Positions 53,444-64,000 of a stretch of 64,000 bases of DNA are shown piece after piece (position 1 is the stretch's first letter; each line of letters opens with the position of its first letter). The notes under the pieces were generated by a model. That model ran no database searches. It was given only the letters and a program-made list of their open reading frames with translations, and was not told where the DNA came from. Where the stretch lies: contig OX597814.1 of the NCBI GenBank assembly GCA_951406725.2, positions 131,626,001-131,690,000 on the forward strand. The letters run 5' to 3'. The translations under genes and the position numbers were made by a program. The stretch is from Octopus vulgaris. Lineage: Eukaryota.

Positions 53444-54220
53444 CAGGCTTGGCCAACTCGAATTACATTGCGGGCCACTTTAATCACAGAAACCTTCTTT
53501 GAGGACCGCTTGTATACTTTATGCACTAATAGTCAAATAATCAAATTACGGAATCAAGGATTTTCCATAATTTTCGTTCGTTTAAAATTATAAAATTGTA
53601 GGCTATTGCTTTATTGCACTCTTTACTCTTGTACTTGTTTCAGTCATTTGACTGTGGCCATGCTGGAGCACCGGCTTTAGTCTAGCAAATCGACTCCAGG
53701 ACTTATTCTTTGTAAGTCTAGTACTTATTCTATCGTTCTCTTTTTGCCGAACCGCTATGTTACAGGAACGTATACACTCCAGCATCAGTTGTTAAGCGAT
53801 TTTGGGGGACAAACACACACACACACACACACACATATGTGCATATATACGCCGGGCTTCTTTCAGTTTCCGTCTACCAAATCCACTCACAAGGCTTTGG
53901 TCGGCCCGAGGCTATAGTAGAAGGTGCCACGCAGTGAGACTGAACCCGGAACCACGGTGGTCCGTAAGCAAGCTACTTACTACACAGCCACTCCTGCGCC
54001 TATTTTAGATTTTAAATTTATAAATTTATAAATTTTAAATTTATTTTGAAACAAATGTTTTACACAAATAGTTTTATTTTGAAATGAAACACAATACTTC
54101 ATGAAAGTATCAAGCGGGCCGCAAGATAAATGTGTGCGTGCCGCAGGATAAAAGTGCGTGCTGCAAGATAAAAGTGTGCGTGCCGCATGTGGCTCGCGAG
54201 CCTCAGGCTTCCCAGCCCTG
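53444..54220. mobile_element. hAT-type MITE with a nested SINE A (minus, ~53620-54000)
   Basis: CAG...CTG termini, perfect 8-bp TSD GTATAGAG (53436-53443 and 54221-54228), and subterminal GCGGGCCGCA-like repeats. Confidence 0.85.
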
Positions 54221-54563
54221 GTATAGAGGCTGCGTCGCTGTATGATCTCGTGTTACAACGAGGAGAATTGTGTGTATCACAGTACAAAACTAACCAGTGT
54301 CAAAAGACAAAAATAGAACGTCATTTGAGTGGGAAATATGTTGGGGAGAGAGGAAGGGTGGTGAGAGAAAAGTAAAAAAAAAGGCGCCATCAAACAATGG
54401 AGTGCTGTCTTGGTATTATTAACTCGAGTGCTAACTTAAAGGAGGATGTATGGGACTTAAAAGGAAGGCTCTGATTGGTTGTTATGAAATGGCCCAGTTA
54501 AAAATTCAATGAGTACTTACATACACACAAACAAACAAGCGCACATAAACACATGCATACGTG

Positions 54564-54601
<38 letters not shown>

Positions 54602-54640
54602 TACATACATACATACATACATACATACATACATACAAAC

Positions 54641-54689
<49 letters not shown>

Positions 54690-54769
54690 CATACACACAC
54701 ACACATACACAGCTCTAATATATCAATACCTGTGTGTGTGTGTGTGTGTGTGTGTTTATATACTTTTCT

Positions 54770-55156
54770 ACTCTAGGCACAAGGCCCGAAATTTTTGGGG
54801 AGGGGGCCAGTCGATTAGATCGACCCCAGTACGCAACTGGTGCATAATTTATCGACTCCGAAAGGATGGAAAGCAAAGTCGATCTCGGAGGAATTTGAAC
54901 TCAAAATGTAAAGACAGACGAAATACCTATTTCTTTACTGCCCACGAGGAGCTACACACAGAGGGGACAAACAAGGACAGACAAAGGGATTAAGTCGATT
55001 ATATCGACACCAGTGCATAACTGGTACTTATATAATCGACCCCGAAAGGATGAAAGGCAAAGTTGGCCTCGGCGGAATTTGAATTCAGAACGTAGCGGCA
55101 GACGAAATACCGCTATGTATTTCGCCCGGCGTGCTAACGTTTCTGCCAGCTCGCCT
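54770..55156 (-). mobile_element. SINE family B, tandem pair
   Basis: Two successive CCGAAAGGATG..GCAAAGT..CTCGG.GGAATTTGAA blocks. Confidence 0.88.
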
Positions 55157-55157
55157 T

Positions 55158-55229
<72 letters not shown>

Positions 55230-55584
55230 CAGTCATCGTACTGCGGCCAGTCTGGGGCACCACCTTGAAGAATTTTTAGTCTATTTGAATCAACCTCAGT
55301 ACTTTCTTTGAAACCTGGAATTTATTCTATTGATTTCTTTTGCCGAACAGCTAAGTTAGAGGGACATAAACACACCGACGCCGGTGGAGAACAAACACAG
55401 GCACTAAAACAGACACACACACACACATACACACACAATAGGCTTCTTTCAGTTTCCGTCTACAGATCCACTCAAAAGACCTTCGTGGTCCTGAGGCTAT
55501 AGTAGGAGACAATTACTCAAGTTGTTACGTAGCAGGACTGAAAAGACGGGGGTTGGGTAGCAGGGTTCTTACCACACAGCCACA

Positions 55585-55637
<53 letters not shown>

Positions 55638-55825
55638 GAGAGAACGACTGAAACAAGTAAAAGATAAAAGAATATATATATGTATGTATATATATATATA
55701 TATATATACATACATATATATATTCTTTTATCTTTTACTTGTTTCAGTCGTTCTCTTACGGGGTTGTAAACACACCAGCTTCGGTTGTCAACGGATGGTG
55801 AGAGTAGAACAAACACAGACATACA

Positions 55826-55891
<66 letters not shown>

Positions 55892-56232
55892 TAAAACGTT
55901 ATGTATAAAGAACGTGAAATGACGAACACGGAAAAACGGACAGTCATTCAGAGCCTTCATTCTTCAGTCAGAAACCGATTCATCATGGCAAATTTCGGCT
56001 GTTTAATCTGAGATTTGCTCCAAAACGGCCAGCCCCAAGGAAAAGCTAAGCTATGGGCATTAGATTTGCTTGGTAGAAGGAAAGAATGTGACAACAGAGA
56101 CGAATAGGAAAACAAGAGACGAAGATAAAATTGGAAACAGTAACGAATAAAAACAGGAATGAGACAAAATGAGACAAAATGACTTTGAGACAAAATGAGA
56201 CAAAACAATTGATCAGCAAGCGTGGGAAGCGG

Positions 56233-56290
<58 letters not shown>

Positions 56291-56341
56291 TAATCTCACG
56301 ACTATCGCGGGCGTTACGTTCTGAAACTCACCGCGATCGTG

Positions 56342-56414
<73 letters not shown>

Positions 56415-57019
56415 GTGTTGGCCAAAAGTCACATACATATGCACATAACATTACACATACATGTACGCATTTATGTGCACGCATTCATCTATATCTATAT
56501 CTGAGTTTAGTCGGACATATGGACCCATTCCAATGGAGTATTCCGTTGGACATGTCTGGACAAATTGAACAGTTTAATGAAACAATGAAGCAATGACATA
56601 ACAGCAATGATTTCATACATGTATTGTATACGGTATTCAACTGCTCTGTTCCTGCAAATTTATTCGAAGTGCAGTCGATCATTATATGTTCCTCTGCAGG
56701 AAGTCTTTAATTGTATTAACGATATTGCGAGTCTATAGGTATTGGTAAGATGGGCAATTTTACATGCAACATATGGTCCATGGAAAGGCTCGTAGCCAGT
56801 ATAGAGGTATCCTGCGTAGGTGATGGTGTGTATATCGCTTTGAAGGCAGTATGTAAGGACAGACGCAAGTGTATGCAAGACAATGAACAAATAGTTACCT
56901 TACAGCTTAGTAGACTCGTGAAGTATGTCAGTGCAGTTGTATCGCAAACCTGTGTTCCGGGGAAAAGTTTAATTTCACTAGATGGAAGTCTCCGTAATCC
57001 GTAGATGTTAATCAAGTCA

Positions 57020-57430
57020 GTGACTATCCTAATTTGTGCTTAATATAATGGGCAAATGTACATTTCCTAGTGTGCAAGCACCTTACTATTCTTTCTGAGA
57101 ATTTATTAATGATCCATTCCCTTGTCAACAAAATGTACAATAATTCCTCTGAGCATAATCTACATCTCCTGTAAAGGTCATTGTATGGTTGTATGTGCTT
57201 CATTATGAACCAAATCAAGTCATATTTAATCATATCAGAATTCAGTTGCCACAGAAAAGCCGCCAATGATGCTAAGTGATTCTTGCTGACCTTGCTGAAT
57301 CTAGAGATATGGTTTCAATATCGAATTTTGAACGAGTCAACCGTTGCACCAACATACACAAACGGACCTCCTCTTGTGTGCAGTGTATTTGTACATAACG
57401 TTGTGAGTCATGCAGAGGTTATTCAAGGGG
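57020..57430 (-). mobile_element. Penelope-like element GIY-YIG endonuclease remnant
   Basis: CMTHNVMYK...VYVGATVDSFKIRY*NHISRF...SLAAFLWQL...LIWFIMKHIQPY...RRCRLCSEE...IINK.SE.IVRCLH. Confidence 0.82.
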
Positions 57431-58039
57431 TATCATGTTTTATCTCTAGATCGTTGTTATTATCTGGCTACTGCCATCACTTCTTACCACTGTTACAGTT
57501 GTATTTACATCACTTTTCGTCATACTATTATTATTTTGTGGTCGCACCGGTTGCCAGTATTTTTCTTGTTGTAACTACCATGTCCTGTACATCTTCCTTC
57601 ATTACAGGTGGTCGAGCAAGCATCGGATGTTCCTTCTTTGGTTAAGGGCCTGGTGGATGGGTTAAGCAACCCTTGGTTCAATTTTCTTGATGAAACGTGC
57701 TAGCCACGGATCAGATTATCTCGTTTATATTTCTTGTCTGGTTTATTAGATCTAGTGTATTGCTCGGGGTTGCGGTTATCTATTGTGTTATGTGCTGCAG
57801 TGAAATTATGGTGTGTATTCCTAGAAACCCCTATTTTCACTTTAGTATTATGATTGATTGTTTTTGGTCTGTATAGAAGTTCCATGCCAGTGCAATTTAT
57901 GTAAGCGCGTGTTCCTGCGTGGCGTGTGTCATTACTAGTGGGGTGGCTGTGAAAGTTTCGTATACCGATGTCGTATATGTTTAATTTTCTCATTATAATC
58001 AGTTCTAGCTAAAACAGCGTTGTAACAGGGCTGGTTACA

Positions 58040-58230
58040 GTGAGAAATTTGGCGAGAGGGGACTAGTCGATTACATCGACCCTTTTGTCTCATTGGTACT
58101 TTATCTATCAACCCCGAAAGGATGAATAGGCAAAGTCGACCTTGGTGGAATTTGAACTCAGAATGTAAAGACGGAGGAAATACCGCTGAGCATTTTGTCC
58201 GGAGCGTTAATGATTCTTTTAGCTCACCGA
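58040..58230 (-). mobile_element. SINE family B (diverged)
   Basis: GTCGATTACATCGACCC...GGAATTTGAACTCAGAA. Confidence 0.8.
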
Positions 58231-58417
58231 CTTATTAATAATTATATTAATATGCAAGAAATTCAAGTCGATGAAATAAGTGAATCCCCATAATCGCAAC
58301 CGACAAAGATCCATCAGTTCGCATATATATTTCCTAGTAGGCTATTCAATGATTTTAGGATAATTTTAAAAGTATGTTTTGCCCTATCACGCCACGCCCA
58401 CTAAATAAATTAAATAT

Positions 58418-58952
58418 AACAAGAACACTCAGAGAGCGCAAACCTCCACCAAGGCAACACCAACGTCCTCTCAATGATTAGATGGAAATGATTTTTACGA
58501 TGAGAATATCTGAAATAAACTCGACTGCTCTCACGAACGAGAATACTAAAAATGAAGCCTGACCGCTCTCAAAAATAAAATTTTAAAAATCGTGAAAAAA
58601 TAATCCAGAATCTTTCCCAATGGTAGTCATGGAATGTGAAGGTGGCGGTAGAAAATTTAGTAACAGTAATAAATTGTTTTTCCTAGCCAAAATAGTTTCA
58701 GTCCAAAGGGAGATAACTAAGAAAGACTTGAAAGTTAACGTAAGAGCGTAATCATGTAAAGTAAATACAACAAATAATCCAGAATCCTTGTCCGGTACCA
58801 GCTCGATTCCAAAATGGAATCAGTTCGTGCCAGTCACGAGGCCAAACATCCTTGAAAGTTTCATCCAAATCCATCTTGAGATATCTTGTCCTTGAACAAA
58901 CAAACACAACTGAAAAACAATAACTCCGCCTTAGCGAAGGCGAATGTAATAA
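58418..58952 (+). mobile_element. Helentron/HINE-like non-autonomous element
   Basis: Starts AACAAGAACACTCAGAGAGCGCAAACCTCC and ends with hairpin CGCCTT-AGCG-AAGGCG plus TAATAA. Related to 4560-4828. Confidence 0.5.
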
Positions 58953-59664
58953 ACGCTGCGTGTGTGTATTCTCTAGATTAATTGTTCAAGATATTCAATG
59001 TATGCTCTTTTACGCAAAGTAAACGGTCTAGGTTAGCTGAGTTGTGATTCGTATATGATGAAAATAAATACAAGCTACTGATCTCTAATATGAACACAAG
59101 ATCACTAGAAACTAATATAATGGATCACACGCAAAGTTAAAATATGCGGTGACTTTTCACAGTGTATAGCTATGAATTTATTAAAGAAACATATTATATT
59201 CACACATACATAAACACACACATGTCCACAAATACATGCACACACATGCACACATACCCAATATAAAACATAAAACCAGGAGGTGTGAGAGGTGAAAATA
59301 AATTTATTTATCTACATGACTTCCATATGATTACAGCCGTTCCGTAACCCACGTTTTGTATTAACTTTAGCATGCAAAATATTAAACGTACATGTTTGCA
59401 TGAATATGTATACGTAAAGCGGCGAATTGGCAGAATCTATCTTTTTCATTTGTTTCAGTCATTAGACTAGGGTCATGCTGGAATATCACCTCGAAGAGGG
59501 TGTCTCTCTGTGAGACTTGGACATAGAACTATGTGGATGTGAAACAAACTTATTACTACACAGACACACCTGCACCTCTCTCTCCCGTTCTCTCGCTCTC
59601 TCGCTCTCTTTCCCTCTATCGATTTCTCTCTCTCTCTCTCTCTCTCTTTATATATATATATATA

Positions 59665-60410
59665 TATCTTCCCGTCTGTATTGATAGACAATGGGTCGCG
59701 CCAAGGGTGGGGCCTACTTTGATGATGAGCAGCGTCTGCTGTGACTGAACAGTCCAATTCTAGAGTGGCAGTCCCTGGTACAGTTGCTGCACACGAACAT
59801 CGATGGGTACGTGTGGGGTGTTGCTGCAGTTGTCCTCCTCCTGTCCCGCCTGTCCGACCACAGCTGTGCTCTCCTTTCCTCAGCCATGGAAACGCCTTTC
59901 CTCACTGTCCGACGCCAGGCAGAGCGGTCAGCAGCTATTACCTCCCACGTGTCCACACAGATGTTGACAGTCCTCAGGTCGCGCTTGCACACATCCCTGT
60001 ATCGTAGCTGTGGACGTCCCTTGGGTCGGGATCCCGTGGTGAGTTCGCTGTACAGGATGTCTTTAGGCATGCGACCGTCTTGCATGCGGCAGACGTGTCC
60101 GAGCCAGCGCAGTCGTCTCCGCACGAGGAGGGCATGCATGCTTGGCATATTAGTCTGTTCTAGGATGACTCCGTTTGGTACTCGGTCCTTCCAGGAGATG
60201 CCAAGGATCCGTCGAAGACACCGCATGTGGAAGCCGCTGAGGCGGCATTCTTGCCGGGTGTATGTTGTCCAGCACTCGCTGCCGTATAGTAGGGTGCTCA
60301 GCACGCAGGCTCGGTACACTGCGATCTTGGTGGTTATTGTGAGTATGTTGTTTTCCCACTCTCCTGGAGAGCTTAGCCATGGCAGCAGCAGCCTTCCCAG
60401 GCTATCCGAT
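59665..60410 (-). mobile_element. RTE-clade LINE 3' part with C-terminal C2H2 zinc finger
   Basis: YRACVLSTLLYGSECWT...FHMRCLRRILGISWKDRV...RRLRWLGHVCRM.DGR.PKDILYSEL...GRPQLRYRDVCKRDL...CSNCTRDCHSRIGLFSHSRRC; open for about 200 codons. Confidence 0.93.
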
Positions 60411-60687
60411 GTTGCTACACATCGCTGGTCACAATGCGCTTCGCATTGTTTTAGCCTTCAAATGACGCCACCCTGCTGGCTAAGCGAGCAGGCCAGACCG
60501 CGTGTGTACCGTTGGCGATTTTTTTCCCTCTGTCTTCCCTTCTCTGGATCTTTCCTTTTCCTATGTTTCCAACGAAGAGCTCCGCTAGAAACGTTAAACC
60601 CTCCTTCTTTCCTGAGCATCCAATAATACTATATTTGTTCCACGTCCTCGCGTTGTTGTGTTTTTTTGTGCTTTCATGTTTGAATTA

Positions 60688-60734
<47 letters not shown>

Positions 60735-61052
60735 GCATTGTAAATAAACAACGACAGATAAAATACGTATACGTATAAGACGCAGAGAGTCCCTAATTCT
60801 TCATCAGTTATCAACTAGAATGGTAATACTCAGTTTCGCACCTTTACTGATAAGACTGGGGGCTTTCCATGCTGGCGGTGCTTGCGAAAGATGCAGAGAA
60901 TTGGGTCTCAAGTAAACAAAACGACACAGAGTGGACATATGAAGGTAAAAAAAAAAAAAAAGAAATGAGAAAAATACGACCCTCTGGCCAAAAAGACAAT
61001 AGTGGTTGGTAACGCTTAAAAAAAATCCTTAAGGATATAGATAACAGTAAAT

Positions 61053-61129
<77 letters not shown>

Positions 61130-61569
61130 GTTTGCTGGGGGTGCTTTTCTAGATTTAAAATTGCTTCTAATTTTGATAAGTTTCTTCATTGGTACTTTCG
61201 TACAAATTCCCTTCAGTATTCTGTTCTTTATTGTGGAAGAGAGCCTTCCATCTCATTCTTCTTAATTCATGGAATTTAACGATGATGTCTTTAATGTACT
61301 CCTTACGAGTAGGTATTAGTAGTCTTTTAGCGAAGTATCCATTTCAATGTGGTCCGTTTTTGTTAACCTATATTAATATTACTATTATTAATAATAAAAA
61401 TTAACAAAGAATCGGATTTCTAACAAAAAAAAAATTAAAATAGTTGAATGCGAATTCGTCCTTTAATTGGAGGAATTTTCAAAAGATTTCTAAAGTTATT
61501 TCTTTATTTCTTCCTATTTCACTTATGAATTTACTAGTGTAAATTAGTGTGGGTATGAAAAGTTATATA

Positions 61570-61976
61570 CTCTTTTACTCTTTTACTTGTTTCAGTCATT
61601 TGACTGTGGCCATGCTGGAGCACCGCCTTAAATCGAGCAACTCGACCCCGGGACTTATTCTTTTGTAAGCCCAGTACTTATTCTATCGGTCTCTTTTGCC
61701 GAACCGCTAAGAAACGGGGACATAAACACACCAGCACCGGTTGTCAAGCAATGCTAGGGAGACAATCACAGACACACAAACACACACACACGCATATATA
61801 TATACATATATACGACGGGCTTCTTTCAGTTTCCGTCTACCAAATCCACTCACAAGGCATTGGTCAGCCCGGGGCTATAGCAGAAGACACTTGCCCAAGA
61901 TGCCACGCAGTGGGACTGAACCCAGAACCATGTGGTTGGTTAGCAAGCTACTTACCACACAGCCACTCCTGCGCCT
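61570..61976 (-). mobile_element. SINE family A, full length
   Basis: Near-identical to 5157-5583. Confidence 0.9.
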
Positions 61977-62107
61977 ATAGATATATAGATATATTAAATA
62001 TATGATTTAACTAATTAAACAGAGTTCAACAAATCCATTTATATTTACGTAAATGGAGGAGATTAGATGTTAATATGGATAATATTCTTTATTCATGTAG
62101 CTATACA

Positions 62108-62169
<62 letters not shown>

Positions 62170-62182
62170 TATGTATATATAC

Positions 62183-62253
<71 letters not shown>

Positions 62254-62299
62254 TATACATACATATATGGATAATATTCTTTATTCATGTAGCTATACA

Positions 62300-62457
<158 letters not shown>

Positions 62458-62691
62458 TATACATACATATACGACGGGCTTCTTACAGCTTCCGTCTATC
62501 AAATCCATTCCTCTCACAAGGCTTTGTTCGGCCCGAGGCTATAGTAGAAGACACTTGCCCAAGGTGCCACGCAGTGGGACTGAACCGGGAAACGTGTGGT
62601 TGGGAAGCAAGCATCTTACCACACAGCCACAACTGTATGTATACACACACACACACATATATATATACATACATACATACATACATATATA

Positions 62692-64000
62692 AAAAAAAAA
62701 ATCAACCAATTAAAATATTCCCACACGCAACATCCACATTCAACAACAATGAAAAGACTAGAGCTGGAAAAACTTCATCTGCAGACTAACATGAAAACCT
62801 CCATTGAAAATCAAAGAGCTGTGGATGAACAATGGGTAATCAAAAACATCAAACAGAACCCAAAAGTGTTCTATTCTTATGCAAATAAGCATAGAACCAC
62901 CGTCTCACCTATTGGGCCATTGATTGATGAAAACGGCATTCCCCAACACGATGCTAAAGAAATGGCAGAAATACTGCAGAAACAATATTGCTCTGTCTTC
63001 AGTGTTCCCACTGATATTGATGTGAGGGAAACGAACGAAGCTGACTCCCAACACAAAATCGCAGACATAACCTTCACTGCCACCGACATCGTAGCAGCAA
63101 TAAATGAGGTCAAACATCACTCCGCTGTAGGCCCTGATAGATTTCCCGCCAGTCTCCTGAAGGAATGTAGATATCAACTTGCAGTCCCTCTGACCAACCT
63201 CTGGAGAAACTCGTTAGACGCAGGTTATATACCGAATAAGTTTCTATCCCAGTCGGTCATCCCGGTTTTCAAACAGGGAAACAGATCCCTCGCAGTCAAC
63301 TATCGCCCAATCTCACTCACCTCCCACATCATTAAAGTGTTTGAAAGAGTGTTAAGATCAAGGATAGCTGACTTCCTGGAGACCCACAAACTCCTAAATT
63401 CAAATCAACATGGCTTTCGCTGTGGCAGGGACTGTCTAACACAGCTCTTACACCACATTGAAGATGTACTCAAAGCCTTGGGAACAGGTTCGAACTCTGA
63501 CGTCATATACCTTGACTTCAGTAAAGCGTTCGACAGGGTAGACCATAACATCCTACTCTCAAAATTGGCAAATGTTGGAATCCGTGGAAAAGTTCTACAC
63601 TGGATTCAGTATTTCCTAGCGAATAGAACACAACATGTTGTAGTCAATGGAGTCCACTCAAACCCAGCAAAAGTCACCAGCGGTGTTCCCCAGGGAACTG
63701 TTTTAGGTCCGCTACTCTTCATAATTTATGTAAACCACCTTTCCAGTGTCGTACATCACTGCAAAGTGAAAATATTCGCTGATGACACTAAGCTCCAGCA
63801 AATCGTCAATGAAGAAGCAGACCGAACTCAACTCCAGTCTGACCTATATGCTGTGAGTCAATGGGCAGACAGAAACAAAATGCAACTGAATGAGGGAAAA
63901 TTTGAGCTGATGCATTTTGGAAGAAATTCCTCACTAAAACAACCATACTCTCTTCCTTCAGGGGAACCGCTCACAGCCTCTAACAATATCAGAGACCTGG
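62692..64000 (+). mobile_element. CR1-group LINE ORF2 reverse transcriptase, 5'-truncated, frame open to the window end
   Basis: The frame read from 62701 has no stop: IKQNPKVFYSY, SAVGPDRFP, NYRPISLTS, NQHGFR, DVIYLDFSKAFDRVDH, SGVPQGTVLGPLLFIIY and IFADDTK (FADD at 63775-63786). Confidence 0.95.

Noticed and set aside
59784-60626. 280-aa plus-strand ORF
   Set aside because: It is the antisense shadow of the GC-rich RTE ORF.

Overview
AT-rich, microsatellite-saturated animal DNA with no host protein-coding exon I can support. The SINE families look like those of an octopus or other coleoid cephalopod (inference). The window is a dense set of nested mobile elements. There are at least four SINE families and non-LTR retrotransposon remnants of the CR1, RTE, L1/Tx1, R4/Dong-type RLE and Penelope groups. 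One CR1 reverse-transcriptase frame of about 435 codons is uninterrupted, runs off the right edge and is missing from the ORF track. DNA elements include Tc1 and mariner remnants, a Helitron helicase remnant, non-autonomous Helitrons, and hAT- and Merlin-type MITEs with target-site duplications. There is also an orphan 28S rRNA fragment. The most interesting signal is a set of unrelated non-coding elements, mostly sitting in (TA)n tracts, that carry type I hammerhead ribozyme cores and long inverted arms. One has two intact hammerheads 561 nt apart in direct repeat (retrozyme-like); another is a head-to-head palindrome of a tRNA-headed, hammerhead-carrying unit. Other retroelements appear to target (TAA)n and (TACA)n. 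Nearly all ORFs in the supplied track are microsatellite or SINE artefacts. Repeat boundaries were read by eye and are approximate to tens of bp.
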